From assembly GCF_001677475.2 (NCBI RefSeq), contig NZ_CP015229.1: a stretch of DNA of 64,000 bases. The stretch is one strand, 5' to 3'. Positions 25,673 to 36,729 of the stretch are shown here, in pieces. Every line of letters begins with the position of its first letter. Positions within the stretch are counted from its first letter, which is position 1. The notes beneath the pieces are model-generated. The model was not told where the DNA came from. It ran no database searches and was given only the letters and a program-made list of their open reading frames with translations. The stretch is from Escherichia coli (lineage in GTDB: Bacteria > Pseudomonadota > Gammaproteobacteria > Enterobacterales > Enterobacteriaceae). A program made the position numbers and the translations under genes.

Positions 25673-26689
25673 TCATTCAACCAGTGTTTGTAAACTGCTT
25701 TCGCGGTTCACTTCTGTCTGACGCGGCACAGCTGCCACCAGCGCCAGCTCGATAATTTCCTGCACGCTACAACCACGAGAGAGATCGTGCATCGGCGCGG
25801 CAAGTCCTTGTATCAATGGCCCGACGGCACGATATCCGCCGAGTCGTTGTGCGATTTTGTAGCCAATATTTCCGGCTTCCAGCGACGGAAAAACCATCAC
25901 ATTGGCCTTGCCTTGTAGCGGGCTGGCAGGCGCTTTTTGCGCCGCCACTTCCGGCACGAAGGCGGCGTCAAACTGCAACTCGCCATCGACTACCAACTGC
26001 GGCGCGCGCTCACGGACGATTTCTGTCGCCTGCTGGACGTTGGCAACGCAGGGGTGACGGGCGCTGCCGTTACTGGAAAACGACAACATCGCCACGCGCG
26101 GCTCTTCTCCGGTGATGGCGCGCCAGGTTTCGGCGCTGGCAAGCGCGATATCCGCCAACTGCGCCGCCGTCGGCTGTGGCACTACGCTGCAATCGGCAAA
26201 GCCCAATGCGGGGCCACTGTACTGTGGCAGCATCAGGAAAATGGAGGAGAGCGTTTTACAGCCTGGCTGTAAGCCAATAATGCGTAATCCGGCACGCAGC
26301 ACATTCGCCGTGGAAGAGAGATTGCCCGCGATACAGACATCCGCTGTCCCGGCGCTGACCATTGCGGCAGCGAACATCAGCGGATCGGTGAGTTTTTCCA
26401 GCGCATCCGGCGGCGTTTTTTCGCCCGCGCGGGCCAGCCAGCGATGAGCAAATTCTTCCCGCATTGCGAGGTTGCCATGCGGATCAATCACCTGTAGCCC
26501 GTCCATCGCCACGCCATGACTGAGCGCAAACTGACGAAGTTCAAACGGATTGGCGACCAGAATGGGCGTTGCCAGACCTTGTTGATGTAAATATTGCGCA
26601 GCTTTCAGCACACGTTGATCTAACGCATCCGGAAAAACTACTCTGGCGGGCGCTCGCAACGCCAGTTCACGACAACGTTCAATAATCAT
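25673..26689 (-). CDS. eutD: Phosphotransacetylase
   Basis: 338 aa Pta-like protein matching EutD. Confidence 0.94.
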   Translation of the reverse strand: MIIERCRELALRAPARVVFPDALDQRVLKAAQYLHQQGLATPILVANPFELRQFALSHGVAMDGLQVIDPHGNLAMREEFAHRWLARAGEKTPPDALEKLTDPLMFAAAMVSAGTADVCIAGNLSSTANVLRAGLRIIGLQPGCKTLSSIFLMLPQYSGPALGFADCSVVPQPTAAQLADIALASAETWRAITGEEPRVAMLSFSSNGSARHPCVANVQQATEIVRERAPQLVVDGELQFDAAFVPEVAAQKAPASPLQGKANVMVFPSLEAGNIGYKIAQRLGGYRAVGPLIQGLAAPMHDLSRGCSVQEIIELALVAAVPRQTEVNRESSLQTLVE

Positions 26690-27489
26690 TGCGTTTCCCC
26701 CAGTCGTTGTTGGATCTGCTTCACCGTTAGCGGCTGCTTCGTTACGCTCAGGATCATCATCACGTAGACCGTGCTCGAAAGGCGGTTCAGTGCCTGCAAG
26801 ATGTCCGGGCGTAATACTTCAAAACTGCGGGTTATAAACACCTGCGCCGCTACGGTTTCGGTTTCCCGCACTTTGGTGCGTAGCAGATTGAGCAACGCAG
26901 CATCGCGCCCGTGGCTGGCTTCCGGCACCAGATGATCGTGGTCGAGATAGCGCAGCGGCTGGTGAGAAAGCCGATGCAGATCTTCGTCAGAAAGCCCGAC
27001 AATCGCTTGTTCGCCCAGCGGTTCCCCCAGCGCATCGGCGCGCATAATGTTGCCAAGACGCGAGCGGATGTCCGCCAGCCACGGCTGCCACGGTTCTGCC
27101 AGTTCAATTTGCAGCCACACTGCCAGCGCAATGGTGCTGTCGAGAACCGCGCGAAAACCCAGGCGCGGATCGCTTTTGGCGACCATTTTTTCCGCCGACA
27201 GGTGAGTCAGCGTATCCGGCTTTTTTGCCACCGGCTGGCGGCACAGTTCGCAGCACGCCTGCGGATGTTCATCGCTACTGGTCAGCCCGTGAACGGGCTG
27301 TGGCTGCTGCTGTTCATCGTCAACAAACAGGCGGCCCTGCTCGTCAATAAACTTGATGCGCAGATGGCGGCTTTCCAGTAACTCCCGGGCAGAGGGCGTC
27401 AGGCGACTGTGCGCAGGGAGATGGATCTCTGCGCCTTCGCTGAGCGTATGGTTCGCTCGTAGCCATGCTTCGGTGATGAAATCTTTCAT
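26686..27489 (-). CDS. eutT: Corrinoid adenosyltransferase
   Basis: 267 aa matching EutT; 4-nt overlap with eutD. Confidence 0.93.
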   Translation of the reverse strand: MKDFITEAWLRANHTLSEGAEIHLPAHSRLTPSARELLESRHLRIKFIDEQGRLFVDDEQQQPQPVHGLTSSDEHPQACCELCRQPVAKKPDTLTHLSAEKMVAKSDPRLGFRAVLDSTIALAVWLQIELAEPWQPWLADIRSRLGNIMRADALGEPLGEQAIVGLSDEDLHRLSHQPLRYLDHDHLVPEASHGRDAALLNLLRTKVRETETVAAQVFITRSFEVLRPDILQALNRLSSTVYVMMILSVTKQPLTVKQIQQRLGETQ

Positions 27490-28187
27490 AGGGATTGCCA
27501 GTTAGCCGGCCAGGCGACATACAGGAATTTCACGCTGGATGTCGTGCCAAATTCGATGCTGGAGCCTTTCGGGATAAACATCACGTCGCCTGCTTTGGCG
27601 ATCATGGTTTCGCCTTCGTGGCGAACATGCAGTTCCCCTTCCAGCACCATGTCGATTTCGTCGTAGTTCAGGGTCCATGGGAAGAAGGCGTTCTCCCACT
27701 GCATAAAACCGGCGGCCATGCTACTGCCGTCATCTCCGGTGACCAGATCCGTTAATCCGACGCAGTGTGGCTGTGCGCCGTCGAAACGACCAAACTTGAC
27801 GCTGCTGCCATCAATCACTTTGATGCCGCCTTTGCCGGTCACCGATTTGAAGCTCGGCTGCATTGCCCCCTGCTCCAGCGACTGTTTTTCCTTCATCACT
27901 TTTTCCATCAGCTGCGCGACCAGGCTTTCGGTAAACTGGCCTTCCGGCAACTGGGCAATGATGGTTTCGCGGATGCGCTGGCTTTCGGTTTTATCGGCTG
28001 GCGCGCTGGCGGGAACAGACGCCGTTACCGGAGTCGATTCATCGCATTCGGTGATGGTAAAACCCAGTAGTTCCGCCACTTCACGGGCTTCCGGAGTAAT
28101 AATGCTGGCACGTAGAACCACGGACATTGCCTGTTCGCCGCGCGCGTGTGCTTCACGAATATCATTCGCTGTGATGAGTTTTTTCAC
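27486..28187 (-). CDS. eutQ: Cupin-fold protein EutQ
   Basis: 233 aa matching EutQ; 4-nt overlap with eutT. Confidence 0.93.
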   Translation of the reverse strand: MKKLITANDIREAHARGEQAMSVVLRASIITPEAREVAELLGFTITECDESTPVTASVPASAPADKTESQRIRETIIAQLPEGQFTESLVAQLMEKVMKEKQSLEQGAMQPSFKSVTGKGGIKVIDGSSVKFGRFDGAQPHCVGLTDLVTGDDGSSMAAGFMQWENAFFPWTLNYDEIDMVLEGELHVRHEGETMIAKAGDVMFIPKGSSIEFGTTSSVKFLYVAWPANWQSL

Positions 28188-28641
28188 CTGCTTCCTCCTG
28201 TTTGGTGAGAGATGCCAGATAATCCACCAGTTGCTGCACGCTTTGCGGGTCGTGGCTGTTTAGCTCGAAAATCGGCTCTTCGAAGCCAGTCTCAAGCAAT
28301 AACTTTCGCGTTGCGGCGACGTCAGCATCTGGCATGTCCGTTTTACTGATGACGGCGATTTGCCGTTTGCTGACGCCAATATCCAGCAACCCGGCAGGCA
28401 ACCGACTTTCCGGGTCATTCGCGTCGTGGACATAGATCAGCATGTCCACATCCTGTAGCGTGGTAATTAAGGCGTGATACCAGCGGGGATGGCTAAAATA
28501 TTCACCTGGCGTATCAATATCACCCTTATTATTAAATTCCACAGCCTGCGTTTTTCGCGCGAGGGTATAATCCCCTTGCAACGCATTAAATAACGTTGTC
28601 TTTCCTGCTCCGACAGCACCCACAAACGCAATTCGTTTCAT
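28162..28641 (-). CDS. eutP: P-loop NTPase EutP
   Basis: 159 aa with Walker A GAVGAGKTT; matches EutP; 26-nt overlap with eutQ. Confidence 0.93.
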   Translation of the reverse strand: MKRIAFVGAVGAGKTTLFNALQGDYTLARKTQAVEFNNKGDIDTPGEYFSHPRWYHALITTLQDVDMLIYVHDANDPESRLPAGLLDIGVSKRQIAVISKTDMPDADVAATRKLLLETGFEEPIFELNSHDPQSVQQLVDYLASLTKQEEAGEKTHHSE

Positions 28642-28653
28642 GAATGCCTCGCA

Positions 28654-28989
28654 TTAACTTTTGGTCATTTCACAAAGCGTATAATTTAATAAGCGACCTA
28701 AACCACTGACAGTTTGTGATAACGCTTCTTCTACTGCACCCACCGAGCCATAAATCACCAGCGCGCCGCTAAAACGGTCGAGAAATCCGATATGCACATC
28801 GGCGGCTTTCAGCGCTAAATCACCGGCGATCATCGCCGTTTCGCCGGGAGTTAGCGTCATAATGCCGATTGCACCCGCATCCGGAACGCCGATTTTCTTC
28901 GCCAGTTCCTCGCCGGGATGCGCGATGAGATGCGCCAGTGTGACCTGTTTGCCGGGCACAAATTCTTGAATGATGCGTTCTTTATCCAT
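28654..28989 (-). CDS. eutS: Microcompartment shell protein EutS (permuted BMC domain)
   Basis: 111 aa from [15 protein letters not shown]; matches EutS; first gene of the operon. Confidence 0.9.
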
Positions 28990-29150
28990 GAGTCGCCGCC
29001 TGTGAAAAACTTGCGTGTATCGTGACAATTTTTCGTCAGAGTAAATAACAAAATTCGGCAAGCGCGTTTAAAAGGTGAGGTAGATCACTAAGAATGGAGA
29101 GATATTTACTGTTATGAATAAACTTTCATATGCGACGCATGAATATAAAT
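28990..29150 (-). promoter_or_regulatory. Main eut operon promoter region upstream of eutS
   Basis: AT-rich region directly upstream of the first operon gene; assignment from known eut operon organisation, sites not mapped. Confidence 0.35.
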
Positions 29151-29238
29151 AAAATAATATCGAGATATTTTATATACTGATTTTTTTATTATTCGCAAAC
29201 TCAGTAATAAGCTTTACTAATATATTGCAGCTAAACTG

Positions 29239-29262
29239 CTTACCCTGAATATTCAGGGTAAG
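29239..29262. other. Perfect 24-bp palindrome between the maeB stop and the eut promoter region
   Basis: cttaccctgaa-ta-ttcagggtaag is exactly self-complementary; no U-run follows on either strand. Confidence 0.5.
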
Positions 29263-29280
29263 CGTGAGAGTTAAAAAAAA

Positions 29281-31560
29281 TTACAACGGTTGGGTTTGCG
29301 CTTCAACCACGGCCAGCGCCACCATGTTGACGATACGACGCACCGATGCGATCGGCGTTAACACGTGAACCGGTTTCGCCACGCCCATCAGCACCGGACC
29401 GACAGTCACACCTTCCGAGCTGGAAACGCGCAGTAAGTTGTAACTAATGCGGGCAGCTTCCATGTTTGGCATTACCAGAATATTGGCGGAACCTTTCAAA
29501 GGGCTGTCCGGCATACGGTCATTGCGAATCGCTTCCACCAGCGCTGCATCGCCGTGCATTTCACCATCAATCATCAGTTCTGGCGCTCGTTCCCTGACCA
29601 GTTCCAGCGCCTGACGCATTTTGCTCGACGACGGGCAGTCAGAAGAACCAAAGTTGGAGTGCGACAACAAAGCAACACGCGGCTCAATACCAAAACGACG
29701 GACAGTTTCTGCCGCCATCAAGGTGATCTCCGCCAGCTCTTCTGCGTCTGGTTCGTCATTGACGTATGTATCGGCAATAAAGGTGTTACCACTCGGCAGC
29801 AGCAGCGCGTTCATGGCACCTGCGGTGTGAACGCCATCGCGATAACCAAAGACATTTTTTACCACGCTAAAGTGTTCATGGTAATCACCCACCGTACCGC
29901 AAATCATTGCATCGGCTTCGCCACGCTGAACCATGATCGCGCCGATCACTGTCGGGTTACTGATCAGCGCACGCTGCGCCTGCTCCTGGGTGACACCACG
30001 ACGCTTCATGATCTGGAAGTATTCGGTCCAGTACTCTTTAAAGCGCGGATCGGATTCGTTATTGACGATCTCAAAATCAACACCCGCTTTGATCTGCAAG
30101 CCCAGTTTCTGAATGCGCATTTCGATCACGTTCGGACGACCGATAAGGATCGGTTTCGCCAGTCCCAGCGTTACCAGTTCCTGAGTGGCATGCAGAACGC
30201 GCGCCTCTTCCCCTTCCGGCAGAACAACGCGCTTCGGCGCTTTGCGAGCCTGGGAGAAAATCGGCTTCATAAACAGGTTGGTTTTGTAAACGAACTCAGT
30301 CAGCTTGTCGATGTAGACGTCGAAATCAGCAATCGGACGCGTCGCCACGCCCGACTCCATCGCCGCTTTCGCGACCGCAGGAGCGATCTTAACGATCAAG
30401 CGCGGATCAAACGGTTTTGGAATGATGTATTCCGGACCAAAGCTCAGATCCTGATCGCCATAAGCTGAAGCCACCACTTCACTCTGTTCCGCATGGGCCA
30501 GTTCTGCAATCGCGCGTACTGCCGCCAGTTTCATCTCTTCGTTGATGGCGGTTGCGCCAACGTCCAGCGCGCCACGGAAGATGAACGGGAAGCAAAGAAC
30601 GTTGTTCACCTGGTTCGGGTAGTCGGAACGGCCGGTACAGATGATGGCATCCGGACGCACTTCTTTCGCCAGCGGCGGCAGAATTTCCGGTTCCGGGTTC
30701 GCCAGCGCCAGGATCATTGGCGCACGGGCCATTTTCTTCACCATTTCCTGGGTCAGCACTTTCGGGCCGGAACAGCCGAGGAAAATATCCGCGCCTTCAA
30801 TCACATCATCGAGGGTACGTTTGCCGTCATCCACTACCGCATATGCGGCTTTGGTTTCCGCCATGTTTGGCTCACGGCCCTGATAGATAACACCTTTTGA
30901 ATCGCAAACCACGATGTTATGTTTTTGCAGCCCCAGCGCCACCAGCAGGTTCATACAAGCGATTGCTGCGGCACCCGCGCCGGAAACCACCATCCGCACG
31001 TCGGAGATGTTTTTCTCCACCACGCGCAAGCCGTTGAGGATGGCGGCAGTGCTGATGATTGCCGTGCCGTGCTGATCGTCGTGGAATACCGGAATATTCA
31101 TCCGCTCGCGCAGTTTCTGTTCAATATAGAAACATTCTGGCGCTTTAATGTCTTCGAGGTTGATTCCGCCGAAGGTCGGTTCGAGCGCAGCGACAACTTC
31201 AATAAATTTGTCCGGGTCGAGTTCATCAACTTCAATGTCAAATACATCAATCCCGGCGAATTTCTTAAACAGAACGCCCTTGCCTTCCATCACCGGTTTG
31301 CCTGCCAGCGCTCCAATGTTGCCTAACCCCAGCACCGCCGTACCGTTAGAGATCACCGCCACCAGGTTACCGCGCGCGGTATATTTGTAGGCTTTTAGCG
31401 GGTCTTTTTCGATTTCAAGACAAGGTGCGGCAACGCCTGGTGAGTAGGCCAGCGCCAGATCGCGCTGCGTTGCCAGAGGCTTGGTTGGAGAAACCTGGAT
31501 TTTCCCTGGAACTGGAAATTCATGGAAATCAAGTGCACTTTGTTTTAACTGGTCATCCAT
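29281..31560 (-). CDS. maeB: NADP-dependent malic enzyme (malic enzyme domain plus PTA-like C-terminal domain)
   Basis: 759 aa matching MaeB. Confidence 0.96.
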   Translation of the reverse strand: MDDQLKQSALDFHEFPVPGKIQVSPTKPLATQRDLALAYSPGVAAPCLEIEKDPLKAYKYTARGNLVAVISNGTAVLGLGNIGALAGKPVMEGKGVLFKKFAGIDVFDIEVDELDPDKFIEVVAALEPTFGGINLEDIKAPECFYIEQKLRERMNIPVFHDDQHGTAIISTAAILNGLRVVEKNISDVRMVVSGAGAAAIACMNLLVALGLQKHNIVVCDSKGVIYQGREPNMAETKAAYAVVDDGKRTLDDVIEGADIFLGCSGPKVLTQEMVKKMARAPMILALANPEPEILPPLAKEVRPDAIICTGRSDYPNQVNNVLCFPFIFRGALDVGATAINEEMKLAAVRAIAELAHAEQSEVVASAYGDQDLSFGPEYIIPKPFDPRLIVKIAPAVAKAAMESGVATRPIADFDVYIDKLTEFVYKTNLFMKPIFSQARKAPKRVVLPEGEEARVLHATQELVTLGLAKPILIGRPNVIEMRIQKLGLQIKAGVDFEIVNNESDPRFKEYWTEYFQIMKRRGVTQEQAQRALISNPTVIGAIMVQRGEADAMICGTVGDYHEHFSVVKNVFGYRDGVHTAGAMNALLLPSGNTFIADTYVNDEPDAEELAEITLMAAETVRRFGIEPRVALLSHSNFGSSDCPSSSKMRQALELVRERAPELMIDGEMHGDAALVEAIRNDRMPDSPLKGSANILVMPNMEAARISYNLLRVSSSEGVTVGPVLMGVAKPVHVLTPIASVRRIVNMVALAVVEAQTQPL

Positions 31561-31848
31561 TTGGTTGTTCCTTTCACGTAACGTTCACAAATAAAGTGTG
31601 TGGGCAACAGCCCCTGCCCACAACGTGGCGCACATTATTACCCTGCCGGAGTCTACAGACTTTGAGCAAGTCCAAACTCTCACCATTAATATAATGTTTT
31701 GGTAATAATCCTATAACACTGATGTTACCTGCTTAATCCAGCAATACCATGCCTGTCTGCTATGCTTTTTTGATGCGTTTAGCGAAATTTCTCAGAAGTG
31801 TGAATTAACGCACTCATCTAACACTTTACTTTTCAAGGAGTATTTCCT

Positions 31849-32799
31849 ATGAACGAGTTAGACGGCATCAAACAGTTCACCACTGTCGTGGCAGACAGCG
31901 GCGATATTGAGTCCATTCGCCATTATCATCCCCAGGATGCCACCACCAATCCTTCGCTGTTACTCAAGGCTGCCGGATTATCACAATATGAGCATTTAAT
32001 AGACGATGCTATCGCCTGGGGTAAAAAAAATGGCAAGACCCAGGAACAACAGGTGGTCGCAGCGTGTGACAAACTGGCGGTCAATTTCGGTGCTGAAATT
32101 CTCAAAATCGTACCCGGTCGCGTGTCAACAGAAGTTGATGCACGCCTCTCTTTTGATAAAGAAAAGAGTATTGAGAAGGCGCGCCATCTGGTGGACTTGT
32201 ATCAGCAACAAGGCGTTGAGAAATCACGCATTCTGATCAAACTGGCTTCGACCTGGGAAGGAATTCGCGCGGCAGAAGAGCTGGAAAAAGAAGGTATTAA
32301 CTGCAACCTGACGCTGCTGTTTTCTTTTGCCCAGGCGCGGGCCTGTGCAGAAGCGGGCGTTTTTCTGATTTCGCCGTTTGTCGGGCGTATTTATGACTGG
32401 TATCAGGCACGCAAGCCGATGGACCCGTATGTGGTGGAAGAAGATCCGGGTGTTAAATCGGTGCGCAATATCTACGACTACTATAAGCAACACCACTATG
32501 AAACCATTGTGATGGGCGCGAGCTTCCGTCGCACCGAACAAATCCTCGCCTTAACCGGCTGCGATCGACTGACTATCGCACCGAATTTGCTGAAGGAGCT
32601 GCAGGAAAAAGTTTCGCCAGTGGTACGTAAATTAATCCCACCTTCTCAGACGTTCCCACGCCCAGCTCCCATGAGCGAAGCGGAGTTCCGTTGGGAGCAC
32701 AATCAGGATGCGATGGCGGTAGAAAAACTGTCTGAAGGCATTCGTCTGTTCGCCGTTGATCAACGCAAACTGGAAGATCTTCTTGCCGCCAAACTATAA
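31849..32799 (+). CDS. talA: Transaldolase A
   Basis: 316 aa matching TalA; followed by tktB. Confidence 0.95.
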   Translation: MNELDGIKQFTTVVADSGDIESIRHYHPQDATTNPSLLLKAAGLSQYEHLIDDAIAWGKKNGKTQEQQVVAACDKLAVNFGAEILKIVPGRVSTEVDARLSFDKEKSIEKARHLVDLYQQQGVEKSRILIKLASTWEGIRAAEELEKEGINCNLTLLFSFAQARACAEAGVFLISPFVGRIYDWYQARKPMDPYVVEEDPGVKSVRNIYDYYKQHHYETIVMGASFRRTEQILALTGCDRLTIAPNLLKELQEKVSPVVRKLIPPSQTFPRPAPMSEAEFRWEHNQDAMAVEKLSEGIRLFAVDQRKLEDLLAAKL

Positions 32800-32818
32800 A
32801 CCAGCCACGGAGTGTTAT

Positions 32819-34822
32819 ATGTCCCGAAAAGACCTTGCCAATGCGATTCGCGCACTCAGTATGGATGCGGTACAAAAAGCCAATTCTGGTCATCCCGGCG
32901 CGCCGATGGGCATGGCTGATATTGCCGAAGTGCTGTGGAACGATTTTCTTAAACATAACCCTACCGACCCAACCTGGTATGATCGCGACCGCTTTATTCT
33001 TTCCAACGGTCACGCGTCGATGCTGCTCTACAGTTTGCTACATCTGACCGGTTACGACCTGCCGCTGGAAGAACTGAAGAACTTCCGTCAGTTGCATTCG
33101 AAAACCCCAGGCCACCCGGAAATCGGCTATACGCCAGGTGTTGAAACCACCACCGGTCCACTTGGACAAGGTTTGGCGAACGCCGTCGGGCTGGCGATAG
33201 CAGAGCGTACGCTGGCGGCGCAGTTTAACCAGCCAGATCATGAAATTGTCGATCACTTCACCTATGTGTTTATGGGCGACGGCTGCCTGATGGAAGGTAT
33301 TTCCCACGAAGTCTGTTCGCTGGCGGGCACGCTGGGACTGGGCAAGCTGATTGGTTTTTACGATCACAACGGTATTTCGATTGATGGAGAAACTGAAGGC
33401 TGGTTTACCGACGATACAGCAAAACGTTTTGAAGCCTATCACTGGCATGTGATCCACGAGATCGACGGCCACGATCCGCAGGCGGTGAAGGAAGCGATCC
33501 TTGAAGCGCAAAGCGTGAAAGATAAGCCGTCGCTGATTATCTGCCGTACGGTGATTGGCTTTGGTTCGCCGAATAAAGCAGGTAAGGAAGAGGCGCACGG
33601 CGCACCGCTGGGTGAAGAAGAAGTGGCATTGGCACGGCAAAAACTGGGCTGGCACCATCCGCCATTTGAGATCCCTAAAGAGATTTATCACGCCTGGGAT
33701 GCCCGCGAAAAAGGCGAAAAAGCGCAGCAGAGCTGGAATGAGAAGTTTGCCGCGTATAAAAAGGCCCATCCGCAACTGGCAGAGGAGTTTACCCGTCGGA
33801 TGAGCGGCGGTTTGCCGAAGGACTGGGAGAAAACGACTCAGAAATATATCAATGAGTTACAGGCGAATCCGGCGAAAATCGCTACCCGTAAGGCTTCGCA
33901 AAATACGCTTAACGCTTACGGGCCAATGCTTCCTGAGTTGCTCGGCGGTTCGGCGGATCTGGCTCCCAGCAACCTCACCATCTGGAAAGGTTCTGTGTCG
34001 CTGAAGGAGGATCCGGCGGGCAACTACATTCACTACGGGGTGCGGGAATTTGGCATGACCGCTATCGCCAACGGCATCGCGCACCACGGCGGCTTTGTGC
34101 CGTATACCGCGACGTTCCTGATGTTTGTTGAATACGCCCGTAACGCCGCGCGGATGGCGGCACTGATGAAAGCGCGGCAGATTATGGTTTATACCCACGA
34201 CTCAATTGGTCTGGGCGAAGATGGTCCGACACACCAGGCTGTTGAGCAACTGGCCAGTCTGCGCTTAACGCCAAATTTCAGCACCTGGCGACCGTGCGAT
34301 CAGGTGGAAGCAGCGGTGGGCTGGAAGCTGGCGGTTGAGCGCCACAACGGACCGACGGCACTGATCCTCTCAAGGCAGAATCTGGCCCAGGTGGAACGTA
34401 CGCCGGATCAGGTTAAAGAGATTGCTCGTGGCGGTTATGTGCTGAAAGACAGCGGCGGTAAGCCAGATATTATTTTGATTGCTACCGGTTCAGAGATGGA
34501 AATCACCCTGCAAGCGGCAGAGAAATTAGCAGGAGAAGGTCGCAATGTTCGCGTGGTTTCCCTGCCCTCGACCGATATTTTCGACGCCCAGGATGAGGAA
34601 TATCGGGAGTCGGTGTTGCCTTCTAACGTTGCGGCTCGCGTGGCGGTGGAAGCAGGCATCGCCGATTACTGGTACAAGTATGTTGGTCTGAAAGGGGCAA
34701 TTGTCGGGATGACAGGTTATGGGGAATCTGCTCCGGCGGATAAGCTGTTCCCGTTCTTTGGCTTTACCGCCGAGAATATTGTGGCAAAAGCGCATAAGGT
34801 GCTGGGAGTGAAAGGTGCCTGA
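32819..34822 (+). CDS. tktB: Transketolase 2
   Basis: 667 aa from [27 protein letters not shown]; the six-frame ORF begins 21 codons earlier inside talA. Confidence 0.94.
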   Translation: MSRKDLANAIRALSMDAVQKANSGHPGAPMGMADIAEVLWNDFLKHNPTDPTWYDRDRFILSNGHASMLLYSLLHLTGYDLPLEELKNFRQLHSKTPGHPEIGYTPGVETTTGPLGQGLANAVGLAIAERTLAAQFNQPDHEIVDHFTYVFMGDGCLMEGISHEVCSLAGTLGLGKLIGFYDHNGISIDGETEGWFTDDTAKRFEAYHWHVIHEIDGHDPQAVKEAILEAQSVKDKPSLIICRTVIGFGSPNKAGKEEAHGAPLGEEEVALARQKLGWHHPPFEIPKEIYHAWDAREKGEKAQQSWNEKFAAYKKAHPQLAEEFTRRMSGGLPKDWEKTTQKYINELQANPAKIATRKASQNTLNAYGPMLPELLGGSADLAPSNLTIWKGSVSLKEDPAGNYIHYGVREFGMTAIANGIAHHGGFVPYTATFLMFVEYARNAARMAALMKARQIMVYTHDSIGLGEDGPTHQAVEQLASLRLTPNFSTWRPCDQVEAAVGWKLAVERHNGPTALILSRQNLAQVERTPDQVKEIARGGYVLKDSGGKPDIILIATGSEMEITLQAAEKLAGEGRNVRVVSLPSTDIFDAQDEEYRESVLPSNVAARVAVEAGIADYWYKYVGLKGAIVGMTGYGESAPADKLFPFFGFTAENIVAKAHKVLGVKGA

Positions 34823-34844
34823 TGGTGATCGCCTGATGCTGATT

Positions 34845-34900
34845 GCCGGATGCGACGCTGACGCGTCTTATCCGGCCTACAGCGTCTTATCCGGTCTACA
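34845..34900. repeat. REP element(s) between tktB and ypfG
   Basis: gccggatgcgacgctgacgcgtcttatccggcctaca followed by a partial second copy gcgtcttatccggtctaca. Confidence 0.7.
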
Positions 34901-34917
34901 TGTCCCCGCCATTTTGT

Positions 34918-35961
34918 TTAACGGGTGATCCACAACGTGGGCCAGGCGTCTGGCCCATGCCAGTTATCGCAGGTGGGTTCTGCGGCGTAACGCACCAGGC
35001 GAAAACGCTGACCGTCAAAGCGCCAGCGCGCCTGAATGCCACAATCGCTTAATCCGCGCCCTTTCGCTAAGGTCACCAGTTCACGCGATTTCTCATCAAA
35101 TGTTGCGTTCATCAGTTCCAGTTCATTCGTCTCCTGACCGTTGTTGAACGGCAAACGCAACCGAACCGGGCGCGAGGCCAGCGGCTTTTTACGCGACACA
35201 ATCCATGCCAAATCAATGGTGTTATAGGCCCCTGCCTCACAGCTAATCATCATCAGCGCTTTATCATCAGTCAGCGCAGTGACATTCACCTCACGACGCA
35301 ATGGATCAAGCGAGCAGCGCAGACCATTCATCCGCCAGTTTCCATAATCCAGCAAATCGTTGCGTTCTTCGAGTGAGAGTGGCGTCGGCGTTGGGTTAAC
35401 CACCACAACCTCTTTCAGCGCAGGCGCGGGCGGTACGCTGAGCGGCGGTTCGTCCCCTTTCTTGATCCAGGCGGTTTCACTGCCAACGCGCTTTTGCTGA
35501 GCATCAATAAACAACAACGCCGCTTTTAAGCCGCTCAGAGAAATGGTCTGATTGCCGTCGCGTAAGGTGATCGCCTTCCCTTCCTGAATTATCTGCAAAA
35601 ACGCGGTGATGGTTGCCGTATCATCGGTTACTAATAACCATGGTGAAATCCGCCACTTGTCACCACTTAACGCCAACGGCTCACCATCTAACAGCAGCCG
35701 TGGCGCTATCTCCCCTTCAGACGCATCCGGCGACTTCAACCCGCCGCGCTCAATACGTAAAACGGCATCAGTATGCGCCCCGGCGCTGCGGCTCAGGGTC
35801 ATCACCAGTCCATTATGATCGCCCGTATTGCGCGCCACACAAAAATTTTGATTATTACAGGTGACCTGCCAGTCGGAAAACGCCTGTTGCGCTGGTGCCG
35901 CCCACACCAAAGACGTCGGCAACAAAGCGAAAAAAAAGAGAAGGAAAATGCGATAGCGCAT
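34918..35961 (-). CDS. ypfG: DUF1176 family protein with signal peptide, function unknown
   Basis: 347 aa with N-terminal signal sequence (LLFFFALLPTSLVWA); matches YpfG. Confidence 0.88.
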   Translation of the reverse strand: MRYRIFLLFFFALLPTSLVWAAPAQQAFSDWQVTCNNQNFCVARNTGDHNGLVMTLSRSAGAHTDAVLRIERGGLKSPDASEGEIAPRLLLDGEPLALSGDKWRISPWLLVTDDTATITAFLQIIQEGKAITLRDGNQTISLSGLKAALLFIDAQQKRVGSETAWIKKGDEPPLSVPPAPALKEVVVVNPTPTPLSLEERNDLLDYGNWRMNGLRCSLDPLRREVNVTALTDDKALMMISCEAGAYNTIDLAWIVSRKKPLASRPVRLRLPFNNGQETNELELMNATFDEKSRELVTLAKGRGLSDCGIQARWRFDGQRFRLVRYAAEPTCDNWHGPDAWPTLWITR

Positions 35962-36086
35962 GGACGGTACGACCCCAGAAGTTCAAACAAACAGCACAAG
36001 TCGTATCTTCGTTGCGCAGGTAACGTGGCTCAATCGGATTTGTCGGATTGAGCCAATAATAAACAACGAAATATTATTGTTATTTT

Positions 36087-36662
36087 TCAGTCCATTAAAT
36101 GTGACATTTGCAAATAGTTAAGCAATAACACCGTCTTACCGTCACGTATCTCGCCGGTTTTGATCATCTCCAGCGCCTGGCTGAACGGCAGCTCGAGCAC
36201 TTCAATATCTTCATCTTCGACACCGCCACCGGCGTTAGCGCGCTGATTGTCACTGTATTCGGCGATAAAAAAGTGGATTAGCTCAGTCACACCGCCTGGC
36301 GACATATACAGTTCAAATAATTTGCGCACTTCGCCCACTTCATAGCCCGTCTCTTCAATCGCTTCTTTGCGAATGCACACTTCCGGTTCGTCGTTATCCA
36401 GCAGCCCGGCGCAGGTTTCAATCAGCAGCCCGGTTTCATTGCCATTAACCCAGGTAGCGACACGGAACTGGCGAATCAGAACCACCGTCTTTTTCTTCGC
36501 GTTGTACAGGAGGATCGTCGCACCATTACCGCGATCGTAAACTTCACGTTTATGGCGGATAACTTCGCCATCTTTGCGCGTGAGATCGTAAGTAATGTTG
36601 TGCAGGGTGAAATAGTTATCGGAGAGAATTTTGTCTTTAATGAGGGTGATTTGTTGCGTCAT
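36087..36662 (-). CDS. nudK: GDP-mannose pyrophosphatase (Nudix hydrolase)
   Basis: 191 aa from [15 protein letters not shown] with a Nudix box; matches NudK. Confidence 0.9.
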   Translation of the reverse strand: MTQQITLIKDKILSDNYFTLHNITYDLTRKDGEVIRHKREVYDRGNGATILLYNAKKKTVVLIRQFRVATWVNGNETGLLIETCAGLLDNDEPEVCIRKEAIEETGYEVGEVRKLFELYMSPGGVTELIHFFIAEYSDNQRANAGGGVEDEDIEVLELPFSQALEMIKTGEIRDGKTVLLLNYLQMSHLMD

Positions 36663-36729
36663 ACCGACTCCACAGCGCGAAATGAACAATTATCTTACGC
36701 TGTGAAGTCGGGTTTGTCTGCGCAGGCTA

